DNA of 64,000 bases, taken from Anaeromyxobacter sp. (lineage in GTDB: Bacteria; Myxococcota; Myxococcia; Myxococcales; Anaeromyxobacteraceae). This document shows, piece by piece, positions 1 through 11,741 of the stretch. The notes under the pieces are model-generated. The model was not told where the DNA came from and searched no databases. It saw nothing but the letters and a program-made list of their open reading frames with translations. The stretch spans positions 288,001 to 352,000 of the forward strand of contig JASGJN010000021.1 in assembly GCA_049840735.1 (NCBI GenBank), given 5' to 3'. Each line of letters opens with the position of its first letter. Within the stretch, counting starts at the first letter, position 1. A program made the translations under genes and the position numbers.

Positions 1-794
1 GAAGAGGATCACCAGGTCGCGCAGCGTGGCCGGCGGCAGCCCCAGCCCGGTCTGGATCAGCGTCGAGTAGAGGGCCGTGAGGCCGTAGTAGATGCCGAAG
101 CTGGCCGCCCAGAGCAGGCTGGCCCAGGCGATGCGGACCAGCAGCGCGCCGCGCAGCAGCGCCGAGAAGGGGATTCCGGAGGCGGCCTCCCTGGCCTTGC
201 GCCAGTCCGGGCTCTCCTCCACCCAGAGCAGGATGGGGATCACCAGCAGGCCGGGTGCGGCCGCCACCAGGAAGAGCGTCCGCCAGCCGTGGGTCGGGAC
301 CACCGCCGAGTAGGCCACGCCGGCCAGGATGAAGCCGATGGCCCAGCTGCCCTGCAGCACGCCGGAGGCCAGCCCGCGGCTCCGCTGCGGCCAGCTCTCC
401 ATGGCCAGGGTGGCGCCGGCGGTCCACTGCGCGCCCATGCCGAGGCCGAAGAGCGTGCGCAGCACCAGCACCGCCGTGAAGGTGGGGGCGAAGTAGACCG
501 CGCCGTCGCAGAGCGCGAACAGGATCACCGACAGCATCAGCGGGAGCTTCCGCCCCACCCGATCCGCCAGCCAGCCCGCGCCCAGGCCGCCGGCCAGCCG
601 GAACAGCAGCGTGAGCGTGATGGACCAGGCGGTGGCCTGGTAGGTGACGCCGAACGCCTTCACGATGTCCGGCATGGCCAGCAGGAAGATGGTGAAGTCG
701 AACCCGTCCAGCACCCAGCCGGACCAGGCCGCGCCGAAGGCGATCCAGTTCTTGCGGGTAGGCTCGCGCCACCAGGCCGGCTGCGTCGTCGCGG

Positions 795-798
<4 letters not shown>
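1..798 (-). CDS. MFS transporter (sialate/carboxylate:H+ symporter-like), runs off the left window edge
   Basis: Manual minus-strand translation from GTG at 798: WVLDGFDF..., GWLADRVGRK (MFS motif A), multiple TM segments; start overlaps the upstream gene's stop (GTGA). Confidence 0.85.
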
Positions 799-2375
<1,577 letters not shown>

Positions 2376-2391
2376 CGACGCGCCCTCCGCG

Positions 2392-3384
2392 TTAGGCCGT
2401 CCAGCGCCACAGCCCGGCCGCCATGGCCAGGCCGCCGCCCGACGCCACCAGCATCACCAGGTCGCCGGCCTTCGCCTTCCCGGCCGCGAGGGCGTCGTCG
2501 AGCGTCATGGGGATGCAGCCGGAGCCGGTGTAGCCCCAGCGGTCCATGGTCCAGTGGGTCCGCGACATGGGCTGGCCCAGCGCGGCCATGGTGGCCTCGA
2601 TGGTGCGCAGGTTGAGCTGCGTGAACACCCACAGCGCCACGTCCTCGCGCCGGTGGCCGGCCCGGGCCAGCACCCCGTCGATGAGCGGCGGCCACCGCTC
2701 GGTGTTGAAGGTGGCCGGGAACTTGCGCACGAACCTCACCGCCGGCTTCCCGTTCGCGGCGGTCCACTCCGGCGTGGCCGGCTGGAGCGTGCCGCCGGCG
2801 TAGATGCCCAGCGCGTCGTGGTAGCCGCCGTGCGCCTCCAGCTTCGCGCCCAGGAAGCCGGGCCGGTCGCCCGCGCCCAGCACCACCGCCCCGGCGCCGT
2901 CGGCGAAGAGCGTGCAGGTCTTCTTGTCGCTCCAGTCGAGGTGGCGGGTCATGCCGTAGGCGCCCACCACCAGCACGCGCCGGTACTGGTCGTCGGCGGC
3001 GATGGTCTTGCTGGCCACGTCCAGGGCGGTGACGAAGCCGGCGCAGGCGCAGTTGAGGTCGTAGGTGCCGGCCCGCGCCGCGCCCAGCTTGTGCTGCACC
3101 ACCGAGGCGGTGGCCGGGCTGGGCTGGTCGGGCGTGTCGGTGGCCACCACGATCAGGTCCAGCTCGGCCGGCGTCACCTGGGCCCGCTCCAGCGCCTGGC
3201 GCGCGGCCGCCACCGCCAGGTCGCTGGTCACCTGATTGTCGGCCATCACGCGCCGCTCGCGGATGCCGACGTTCTCCTGCAGCCACTGGTCGACCGGCTC
3301 GCCCAGCCTGGCCTCCAGCTCGGCGTTGGTGATCACGCGCTCGGGCACGTACCGGCCGGTGGCCAGGATCTGGGCGTACCTCAC
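2392..3384 (-). CDS. 3-oxoacyl-ACP synthase III (FabH/KAS III)-like protein with non-canonical catalytic residues
   Basis: GTG start 3384 (VRYAQILATGRYVP), GIRERR, DLNCACAGF, LFADGAGA; C-terminal part of ORF 2392..4044. Confidence 0.88.
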   Translation of the reverse strand: MRYAQILATGRYVPERVITNAELEARLGEPVDQWLQENVGIRERRVMADNQVTSDLAVAAARQALERAQVTPAELDLIVVATDTPDQPSPATASVVQHKLGAARAGTYDLNCACAGFVTALDVASKTIAADDQYRRVLVVGAYGMTRHLDWSDKKTCTLFADGAGAVVLGAGDRPGFLGAKLEAHGGYHDALGIYAGGTLQPATPEWTAANGKPAVRFVRKFPATFNTERWPPLIDGVLARAGHRREDVALWVFTQLNLRTIEATMAALGQPMSRTHWTMDRWGYTGSGCIPMTLDDALAAGKAKAGDLVMLVASGGGLAMAAGLWRWTA

Positions 3385-4031
3385 GGCTTCCTCCCGGGAC
3401 GGCGGGGGCGCGGCGAAGCGGCGGGGGCGCCGGCGTCGAGGGCCATGCCGTGGCGCACCAGCTCCAGCGCCGTCTCCAGCGCCTGGTCCAGGCCGCGGCC
3501 CCGGCCCCAGAGCACGTAGCGCATGCCCAGGAAGTCGGCGATGGCCATCAGGCAGTAGGCCAGCGCCTCGGGGTCGAGGGGGCGGACCTGCCCTGCGGCC
3601 TGGGCCAGCTGCAGGCCGCGGGCGTAGGGCTCGGCGAAGGAGCGGTAGTAGCGACGGAAGGTCTCCTCGTCCACGAACTCGGCCTGGCGCACCACCCGGT
3701 AGAGCAGCCGGTGGCGGGTGACGAAGGCGAAGAAGGCCTGGATGCCGGCCCGCTCCACCTCGAGCCGGTCGGTCAGGCCGTCGATGGCCTCTGCCAGCTC
3801 GCCGCGCAGGCGGGCGCCCAGCCCGTCCACCACCTCGACGAAGAGGGTCTTCTTGTCCTCGAAGTAGACGTAGAACGTGCCCAGCGCGACGCCCGCTTCC
3901 CGGGTGATGTCCGAGATGGAGGCGGCCTCGTAGCCCTTCTCCCCGAAGACGGTCTCGGCGGCCTCCACCAGCTTCTGGCGGGTGCGCTGCCCTCGACGGG
4001 TGGGCGGGGTAGAAGTTGAAGGTCGATTCAT
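3381..4031 (-). CDS. TetR/AcrR family transcriptional regulator
   Basis: N-terminal HTH: VFGEKGYEAASISDITREAGVALGTFYVYFEDK. Confidence 0.92.
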   Translation of the reverse strand: MNRPSTSTPPTRRGQRTRQKLVEAAETVFGEKGYEAASISDITREAGVALGTFYVYFEDKKTLFVEVVDGLGARLRGELAEAIDGLTDRLEVERAGIQAFFAFVTRHRLLYRVVRQAEFVDEETFRRYYRSFAEPYARGLQLAQAAGQVRPLDPEALAYCLMAIADFLGMRYVLWGRGRGLDQALETALELVRHGMALDAGAPAASPRPRRPGRKP

Positions 4032-4175
4032 GTTTCAGGTTCATGGGCTACGCTCCTCGAGCAGCGAAGTCAACGCGGGGAGCCCAACAGGGAGCGGGTC
4101 CGGGGGCGGGGGTTGGCTACCGTGCAGGGCGCAGCGCCCCGGCGACCCCGGGAAATCCCGTCGAGAGGAACGGAC

Positions 4176-4922
4176 ATGGAGCTTCGAGACCTGAAGGTGA
4201 TCGTGACCGGCGGCGCCCGGGGCATGGGGGCCCACTTCGCGACCCGGCTGCACGAGGCGGGGGCGCAGGTGGCGGTGGGCGACGTCAACGAGGCGCAGCT
4301 GGCGGAGCTGCCGGCGGGGATCCACCACCGCCGGCTGGACGTGACCAGTCCGGAGGACGCGAAGGCCTTCGTGGCCTGGGCGCAGCAGGCCATGGGCGGG
4401 CTCAACGGCCTCGTCAACAACGCCGGCATCCTGCGCGACGGGCTGCTGGTGAAGAAGGACCGGAACACCGGCGAGGTGATCACGCTCTCCGACGCGGACT
4501 GGGACGCGGTGCTGGCGGTCAACCTGACCGGCGCCACGCGCATGGTGCGCGAGGCGGTGGCGGCCATGGTCCGGGCCGGCGCGCGCCCGGGCGTGATCGT
4601 CAACATGTCCTCGGTGGCCCGCCACGGGAACCGCGGCCAGTCCAACTACGTCTCGGCCAAGGCGGCGCTGGCGGCCAACACCGTCACCTGGGCACGCGAG
4701 TTCGCGCCCTTCGGGATCCGCGTGGGCGCCATCGCGCCGGGCATGATTGAGACGCCCATGACGCAGGGGATGAACCAGAAGGCGCGCGACGCGCTGGTGA
4801 CCTCGGTGCCGGTGGGGCGCATCGGCCTGCCGGAGGACATCTGGAAGGCGGTCCGCTTCGTCTTCGAGTGCGACTACTTCGACGGCCGCTGCGTGGACGT
4901 GGACGGCGGGCTGGTGATGTAG
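4176..4922 (+). CDS. SDR family oxidoreductase (FabG-like)
   Basis: TGGARGMG Rossmann motif, NNAGI, YVSAK (YxxxK); ATG at 4176 after GAGGA. Confidence 0.92.
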   Translation: MELRDLKVIVTGGARGMGAHFATRLHEAGAQVAVGDVNEAQLAELPAGIHHRRLDVTSPEDAKAFVAWAQQAMGGLNGLVNNAGILRDGLLVKKDRNTGEVITLSDADWDAVLAVNLTGATRMVREAVAAMVRAGARPGVIVNMSSVARHGNRGQSNYVSAKAALAANTVTWAREFAPFGIRVGAIAPGMIETPMTQGMNQKARDALVTSVPVGRIGLPEDIWKAVRFVFECDYFDGRCVDVDGGLVM

Positions 4923-4966
4923 CGGCGGCTGAGCTGGCTGCGGTGCGTCGACCGGTCGCCCTGCGC

Positions 4967-5214
4967 CTGGGCTTCGACTCCGCGAGCCCAGCGGGCTCGC
5001 TACGCTCAGCCCGAACGGTCCGGGGACCGTTCGTCCTGAGGGCAGGGCCCGGGGCCACAGGAACCGTTCGTCCTGAGCGTAGCGCCCGCGGAGCGGGCGC
5101 GGAGTCGAAGGACAGGGATTTCCGCGGTCGTCCAGCGGTCCATCGTCGTGGTTCGACTCCGGGCCGGACGGAGGGCCGGCCGGCGCGAGCCGGCCCTGCG
5201 CTCATCACGGACGG
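4967..5214. repeat. Cluster of REP-like palindromic elements
   Basis: Copies of CCGTTCG..TGAGCGTAG-hairpin-GGAGTCGAA in both orientations between convergent genes. Confidence 0.85.
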
Positions 5215-5237
5215 TGAGTGAAATCCGGCGCTGGAGG

Positions 5238-6370
5238 TCAGATTCTGCGCTGCGCCCGCCTCGGCCGGCGCCATCGCCGCCATCACCGCCCGGAGCGCCT
5301 CCACCTCGCCCTGGTCGGCGGCCAGGACGGTGGGGTGGAGGCCGCAGCGGGCCAGGTGGAAGGTGCGCAGCTCGCCGGCGGCGTCGCGCACCTGCGCCAC
5401 GACGGCGGCGGCGTGGTCCGGCTCGGTGGAGCCCGCCGCCCGCTCCAGCTCGACCCAGAGCGCGTGGCCGGGCGGGTGCGTCTGCAGCCAGGCGCGCATG
5501 CCGCCCTCGTACTCGGCCCGCTCGTCCGGCTCCAGGTACTCGCGCATCACGGTCTGGTAGGCCAGCACCAGCGCGCCGGGCTCCGCGGCCGAGAGCAGGT
5601 CCAGCCGCGCCGGGACGGCGCGCGCCGCCAGCGGCATCAGCACCGGGCCGTCCGGCCGCGGGCGGGCAGCCCGGAACGCCTCCAGCGCCGCCTCCAGCCG
5701 CTCGGCACGGGCGGCCTCGCCGGGCCAGACGCAGGCGCGGAGCCAGTCGGCGTCGGCCTCCAGGGTGGCGTCCAGCGGGGACGGATTCGAGCCCGAGCCG
5801 CGCCACCAGCCGGAGCCCGTGGGCCACCTCCACCGGTTCGCCGCTGGTGAAGGTCCAGGGGTTGGGCAGCGCGTCGGCAACCAGGTTCAGGCCGGCGCTG
5901 GCCCCCACGTCCACCAGCGCCAGCGGCCGCCGCCCGTCGCTGGCGCCGGCCAGCGCCGCCGGCCAGCGCCAGGCCACCGCGCGCGAGGTCTCGTTGGTCT
6001 GGACGCCGCGGTGCGCCAGCGCGTCGAAGACCCGCTCCCGCCGTCCGTCGAGCGCGGCCGCCAGCGCCTCGGCGGTGACCGCCCGCGCGTCGGGGTCGGG
6101 CGCCGCGAAGGCGCGCCAGAGCGGGTGGCCGGGCCCCTCGGCGCGGGCGTCGAGCCGGAGCGCGGCCAGCAGCAGCAGCGGGCGGTCGTAGGGCGCGAAG
6201 AAGCGGCGGTGCTCCCAGGCGGCGGCCAGGTAGCGGCCGGGCGCGCCGTCCAGCACCTCCGGCAGGAGCTCCAGCGCCCGGTCGTAGGGCGGGCAGCGCG
6301 CCGCCACGTAGGGCCGCTGCCAGGCCAGGTCCTCCGCCAGCCCCTCGATGCCCGTCCGCCCGTCCGCCAT
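5238..6370 (-). CDS. DUF2332-like protein (putative methyltransferase fold), apparent frameshifts at ~5786 and ~5243
   Basis: VQTNETSR, LVDVGASAGLNL, WLRACVWPGE..RAERL; removing one base from GAATC restores GLDPSPLD and a CAG ATC TGA stop. Confidence 0.75.
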
Positions 6371-6458
6371 GGCGCGCTCCTCCCCGTACGCGCCTGAATG
6401 TGCGGACGGCCGGTCAGCGCCGCCCGGCCTGGCGGGGTCCCCCTGGAGCGGCGTGCGT

Positions 6459-7697
6459 TCAGCCGGTGCGGGCCGCCGGGGCGCTGGCCTGGGCGCGCAC
6501 CTCCGCCAGCCGGCGCCTGCGGGCCGGTCCGGCCAGCAGGTGGCCGAGCGCGACCAGCACGCCCACGATCAGGCAGCCGAGCCAGAGAGTCGGCCCGCCG
6601 AAGCGCCCCAGCACCTCGCCGCCGATGATGGGCGAGAGCGTGAAGGCGACGCCCCAGGACATCGAGAACGCGCCCTGATAGCGGCCGCGCAGGTGCGCAG
6701 GGGCGAGGTCGGCCACCAGCGTCGAGGCGGCCGGGAACCCCACCACCTCGCCCACCGTCCAGAGCGCCATGCCCAGCGCGTACACGGCCAGGTGGCCCTG
6801 GATGGCGTTGAGCGCGAAGCCCAGCCCCACCAGCAGCGCGGAGACCGCCAAGAGCTTCACGCCGTCCTGGCCGGCCAGCCGCGGCGTGAGCAGCGGCTGC
6901 AGCACCACCACGCCCACGCCGTTGATGGCCAGCAGGAAGGCCCAGGCGCGCTCCGAGACGCCGTGCGCGGACAGGTCCACGGCGGCGGCCAGCTGGAACT
7001 GCGTGAAGATGATCAACATGGCCAGGTTGAGGAGCAGGAAGGCCAGGTACGGCCCGTCCCGCAGCACGCGGGCCAGCCCGGCCAGCGCCGGCTCGTGCAC
7101 CAGCCCGGCCGGGCGCGTCTCCGGCAGCCGCAGCGCGACCAGCGCCGCGAAGCCCAGCGTGGTGGCGGCGTCGGCGAAGAACAGCACCTGGAGCCCCCAG
7201 CCGGCCAGCAGCCCGGCCACGAAGAGCCCAAGCGCCCAGCCCAAGTTGACCGCCCAGTACACCAGGCCGAAGGCGCGCGCCCGGTCCGGCGGTGGCACCA
7301 CGTCGGCCACCGCGGCGTTCATGGCCGGCCGGTAGAGCTCGCCGGTGGCGCCGGCCAGGAAGGTCAGCAGCGCGAGCCACCCCGGCGCGTGGGCCAGCGC
7401 CAGCGCCGCCACGAAGAGCGCGCCCAGCACCAGCCCGGCCAGCATGGTGACGCGCCGGCCCACCCGGTCGGCCACCGCGCCGCCCACCGGTCCGGCCACC
7501 ACGATGCCCAGCCCGTAGAGCGCCACCACCCGCCCCGCCGCGGCCTCGGAGAACCCGCGCTCGCGCACCAGGTAGAGTGCGAGGAAGGTGATCACGAAGC
7601 CGGCGAGGCGGTTGACCAGCATGCCCCACCACAGCGTCCAGAAGACGCGCGGCAGGCCACCGGTGGCCTCGTCGAAGGTGCGGCGCAGCGGGAGCAC
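6459..7697 (-). CDS. MFS transporter (DHA-like efflux family)
   Basis: GAVADRVGRR motif A, about 12 hydrophobic segments. Confidence 0.9.
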   Translation of the reverse strand: MLPLRRTFDEATGGLPRVFWTLWWGMLVNRLAGFVITFLALYLVRERGFSEAAAGRVVALYGLGIVVAGPVGGAVADRVGRRVTMLAGLVLGALFVAALALAHAPGWLALLTFLAGATGELYRPAMNAAVADVVPPPDRARAFGLVYWAVNLGWALGLFVAGLLAGWGLQVLFFADAATTLGFAALVALRLPETRPAGLVHEPALAGLARVLRDGPYLAFLLLNLAMLIIFTQFQLAAAVDLSAHGVSERAWAFLLAINGVGVVVLQPLLTPRLAGQDGVKLLAVSALLVGLGFALNAIQGHLAVYALGMALWTVGEVVGFPAASTLVADLAPAHLRGRYQGAFSMSWGVAFTLSPIIGGEVLGRFGGPTLWLGCLIVGVLVALGHLLAGPARRRRLAEVRAQASAPAARTG

Positions 7698-7982
7698 GGC
7701 GACGGTGTAGCAGGCGGTGGCGGGTCGGCGCCAGGTGCGAGGGTGGGCGGACCCAGAAGCATCGACCTCGTCCCTGGGACGCCGAGCGCGCGTTGGCCTG
7801 GGGGTCTGTCCCTGGCCACCGCGTCATTCACTGACGGAGATGACAGGGGAGGACAACGCGCAATGCCGGTGCGCTGGTGGAACGCAGCGTGCGTGTCGGC
7901 CTCGCATGCTAGGTTGAGCACCGCCGCCGAACGCATTGGGTGGCGTTCATCGAAGCGAGACTCTCAACGGACGCCGCTGCGG

Positions 7983-8363
7983 ATGACGGTCATCTTCAGA
8001 GCGATGGATCGCGACACTGATGGTCTGCCCCGCGTCGGGGCAACCTTCAGAACCCTGGGCGCTCGTCCTGGAAAGGACATCCCGGTCGAGGAAGATGGGG
8101 CCGTGGAGCCGCATACTGGCGGCATGTCCGTGTTCGCTGACGACCCGATGGCACTCCCAAAGCCGCTTCGCCCCAGGTCGCTCGGAGGCGAGAGCCGAGA
8201 TACACTCTTCTGCATGGAGGCAACTGGACTGCCAGCCGACTTGGCGCTGCGTTGTCACCCCCCGGGGGGAGCCCACAACCTCGTGGAGCCGACGAAGCGA
8301 ACTCGCTTCGAGACGTACCAGGGAACCATCCACGGTACTCGGTCGAAGTGGAGGCAGCCATGA
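7983..8363 (+). CDS. Putative Tse2-like ADP-ribosyltransferase-fold toxin
   Basis: MTVIFRAM...GGMSVF..P..LP..RP..LGG...H.LVEP......Y....TR.KW, recognised by eye as Tse2-like ART; lower-GC codon use. Confidence 0.6.
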   Translation: MTVIFRAMDRDTDGLPRVGATFRTLGARPGKDIPVEEDGAVEPHTGGMSVFADDPMALPKPLRPRSLGGESRDTLFCMEATGLPADLALRCHPPGGAHNLVEPTKRTRFETYQGTIHGTRSKWRQP

Positions 8364-8629
8364 CGCCCCTGGAGAGTTACAGGAGCGACGAGCGGCTCCT
8401 CCTGCGAGTGCGTTGGTGTCATGCGGGCGGGCACTCACCGGAAGAGGACGAGATCCTCGAGCGGATGGCAGCGATCTGGTGGGAATTGTCAGACGAGGAA
8501 CGCGCTGGACTGAACAACGAAGAACCACGCTCCTTGATCCGAACAATCGCGGGCGTGGGTGCGCGAGCGCTTCACGACACCGACGTGTATGCGCGTCCCA
8601 ACGACGCGCCGCGCGCTGAGGTGGCCTGA
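8360..8629 (+). CDS. Small hypothetical protein (candidate immunity/antitoxin)
   Basis: ATGA overlap with the upstream stop, preceded by GGAGG; acidic helical stretch SPEEDEILERMAAIWWELSDEER. Confidence 0.6.
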   Translation: MTPLESYRSDERLLLRVRWCHAGGHSPEEDEILERMAAIWWELSDEERAGLNNEEPRSLIRTIAGVGARALHDTDVYARPNDAPRAEVA

Positions 8630-9375
8630 TGTACCTGACGGCACATCGAGTGTTTTCGCGGGCGCGTGGGCGCCATGGCGTGAACGCCTTTCGATACGAG
8701 CACGGTGCCCAGCGAGTTGATGGGATTTCGTGGAACCATCCTGACCTCGACCTCATCGCGACCCAGCACCCGGGACAGTTGGTCGCAGATGACGTCGAGG
8801 TCGCTCCTGGAGGCAACGAGGTACTGAGTTACCTCGATGTGGCTGCGCGCGACGAAGTCTCGGACGACCAAGTCAGGGCGGCGCTCGAGGGATTCGCCTC
8901 CCAGGTTCGCGGCGCAAGTGCGTCGCACGAGACCGAGGACGGAATCGGGATCAGGTACTGGGCAAGCGCGGGTCTTGAGGGCCAGGAACGTGATGAGTTT
9001 CATGCGCTACGCGTCCGGGCCCTGGCGCTTCTCGGGCGCCGTGGGTCCGAGTGGCGGACACGTGAGCCGCTTCGCATTGTGGTGCGCTTGGGCGCCGAAG
9101 ATTTCACCGCCACACTCGACGCCGCCAGCGCAACTCGAGCTGAGCGCGCTCGCGGGCACCCGACGCCGCACGAGCGCGTGACCGTTTCGTGGGAGGCAGA
9201 ACTCGGAGTGGAAGCGCTCGTCCCCCATCTCACGCTCGAGTTGGCAGTGGTCCTGACCAGGCTCTCAGCTGACGTCCTCTTGTCCCTTGGCGGGGTTCGG
9301 TTCGTAGCCGAAGACGGGCGCACGTTGGGCGAATGGCCGGCACGCGGGTCCGATAACCAGGCCCAGCCCGCGTAG
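8629..9375 (+). CDS. Hypothetical protein
   Basis: 248 aa ORF coupled by TGATG overlap; globular-looking composition; lower GC. Confidence 0.65.
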   Translation: MYLTAHRVFSRARGRHGVNAFRYEHGAQRVDGISWNHPDLDLIATQHPGQLVADDVEVAPGGNEVLSYLDVAARDEVSDDQVRAALEGFASQVRGASASHETEDGIGIRYWASAGLEGQERDEFHALRVRALALLGRRGSEWRTREPLRIVVRLGAEDFTATLDAASATRAERARGHPTPHERVTVSWEAELGVEALVPHLTLELAVVLTRLSADVLLSLGGVRFVAEDGRTLGEWPARGSDNQAQPA

Positions 9376-9502
9376 GTGCGCTGACCGGGGACGACTGGTC
9401 CCTGGAGGAACGCCAGGGGGCACCCCACGGCCGCGCCGCAGACTGCTTCGCGCGGCGGACGGGCCCTGGACCCAGGCGCTGTCCGGCGGCGGGTGGCGGG
9501 CG

Positions 9503-10093
9503 CTACAGCTCGGTCTGCTTAGCCTCGCCCAACCCCTGGGCAGGCTTGATGGTCCGGGGCTCGCGCGCGCCGGCGTCGGGTGTGGGTGCAGCTGCGCAGG
9601 TCGCGGCCAGCTTCCTGGCCTCGGCCCGGGTGGTGCAGACCTTCATCTGCCCGCGCTCCCACTCGTCGAGCGTCTCGGCGTCCTCGTCGTCGTCCTCGTC
9701 CGGCGCGAACTGGAAATCCTCGGTCGGCTCGATGGTGAAGCCGAGCTCGCCGCAGGCCGCCTCGCGGTGCTGGTGGTCCAGGCAGTGGTTCGCGAGCCAG
9801 AGCGGCCCGTCGTGCGCCGTCACCGCCGGCTTGCCGGTCCGGCACCCGGTGACCAGCCAGGGCGCGTCGCCCAGCTTGTCCAACTGGGCGAAGTAGATGC
9901 GCCCCTTGTCCTCGTAGTGCCAGACCAGGCACTTCCAGGGCGGGACCCTCCGCCCGTCCTCGTCCTTGCCGCCGCCGCAGGTGAGGGCCTTGTGCTCGTC
10001 GGGGCGCCCGTGCTGCGCGCGCACCAGCTCGGCGGTGGGCGCCGAGACGTTGAAGCACGCCGCCAGGGCGATGGACGGGAGCAGCGCCAGCAT
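9503..10093 (-). CDS. Hypothetical secreted Cys-containing protein
   Basis: Signal-peptide-like N-terminus, several Cys; directly downstream of the PilZ-REC gene. Confidence 0.6.
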   Translation of the reverse strand: MLALLPSIALAACFNVSAPTAELVRAQHGRPDEHKALTCGGGKDEDGRRVPPWKCLVWHYEDKGRIYFAQLDKLGDAPWLVTGCRTGKPAVTAHDGPLWLANHCLDHQHREAACGELGFTIEPTEDFQFAPDEDDDEDAETLDEWERGQMKVCTTRAEARKLAATCAAAPTPDAGAREPRTIKPAQGLGEAKQTEL

Positions 10094-10099
10094 GGACCC

Positions 10100-11567
10100 T
10101 CAGCCCTGCGTGTCGAGCCGCTTCCTCTCCAGCACCGCGTCGGCCGCCTGGGCGATCAGCTCCGGCCCCAGCGCCTTGTCCAGCACCGCGTCGGCGCCGG
10201 CCGCCTCCAGCCGCGGCTCGACGCCGTCCGCGAGGTGGCCGGTGACGGCGACGATGGCCAGGTCGGTCTCGCCCCCGGCCTTGCGGATCAGCCGGACCAG
10301 CTCCGCGCCGTCCATGCCCGGCATCACCACGTCGGTCACCAGCAGGTCGAGGGCCAGCAGCTCGTCGGCCAGCGTGCCCAGGCCGTCCTGCGCGTCCACC
10401 GCGGTCAGCACCTCGAAGCCGCGGTCCCGCAGCGCGTCGCCCAGCATCCGGCGCATCAGGTCGTCGTCGTCCACCACCAGGGCGCGGCGCGGCCGGGCCG
10501 AGATGTGGGCCATGGCGCTGGCCAGCGTGGCCTCGGCCTCGGCGTCGAGCTGGAAGCGCACGCCCATGCCGTTCCGGTTCACGAAGGCCACGGTGGCCTT
10601 GGCCCGGAGGTCGGCGCCGTTGGGGAGCCGCAGCTGCAGCTCCACCGGCGTGCCCACCGGCGGCGGCGTGGCGGAGCGCACGAAGGCGCCGCCCTGCGAG
10701 AGGTTCTCCACGAAGTCGGCCGCCAGCTCCTGGTCGGTGGCGTACTCGATCAGCGCGCGCGCCGGCCCGGGGCCGGCGGCGGCGGGCGCGGCGGGCTGGC
10801 CCGGGGTGACGATCTTCACCGGCGCGTTCACCGTGAAGCGCGGCGCGGCGCGGATCTCCTTGAAGTTCCCTTCGGCGATGGCGCGGGCGGTGAGGGCCTC
10901 GACCAGCCGCTCCGGCGGGTCGATCAGCTGCAGCGCGAAGCCGGCCGCCTGCCCCGGCCCGGCGGTGGCGGGGGTGCGCACCTCGGCCACCTGCGCCTGG
11001 ACCTCGAGCGGCCGCGGCTCGCCCGGCACGCGGACCACCAGCGGGACGGCGTCGCCCACCGGCGGCGCGATGGGCGCGGCCACGAAGAGCTGCTGCGAGT
11101 CGGCCGTCCAGCGCACGCCCTCCCAGCCCGGCCCGCCCACGTCCATGCCCATCACCAGGCCGCCGCGCGCGTCGCGGCGGCGGTCGGCGGCGGCGCCGGC
11201 GTCGGAGAAGAAGCGGGCGGTGCCGTCGAACAGCTGCGCCGCCGTCAGCCCCAGCTTCTCGTGGCCGGCGGCGGCCAGGTGGGCGTCGATTCTTCTGCCG
11301 GTCCTCGGGGGAGAGGCGCGCGACCTCCATGGCCCGGCCGCCGGAGCGGGCGGTCCAGAAGGCCAGCCGCTCGCGCTCGCCCGCCGAGACCCGCGGCGCC
11401 AGCCGGATGTTCACGCACAGGAACTTGGAGGAGGCGCGGAACTTCAGGTCGCAGTCCACGAACGCGCCCCCGACGAAGCGCGGGACCGCCAGGACCAGGC
11501 GCTCGGCGGCGTGGAGCCGCTCCCCGACCGCGCGGACGAAGATGCAGACGAACTCGACGTGGCTCAT
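10100..11567 (-). CDS. PilZ-like (TIGR02266-type) domain + response regulator receiver protein, frameshift at ~11290
   Basis: RAAPRF and ENLSQGGAF PilZ motifs; C-terminal REC ALVVDDD..TDVVMPGMDG; N-terminus (MSHVEF..) joins if GAATC is read as GATC. Confidence 0.8.
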
Positions 11568-11741
11568 GGACGTGCCCCTGCCTTCGGGCGGAGGGGGAGA
11601 CTGCAACGCCGGGGCCTGCCAACCGCCCAGCAGGACACCTGTTTCGTCCGAAGTGCGCCTACCCGGGGTTCCGTCATACCCGGTTCGCGGACCCGGAGCC
11701 AGGCCCGCCTGGTCCCGATGGGGGTGGGTCGGCTTCCGCGG

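Noticed and set aside
4684..5240. C-terminal extension of the DUF2332-like protein through REPs into the SDR gene
   Set aside because: A one-base correction gives a stop at 5238-5240
11570..11740. c-di-GMP riboswitch upstream of the PilZ-REC gene
   Set aside because: No recognisable GEMM consensus elements
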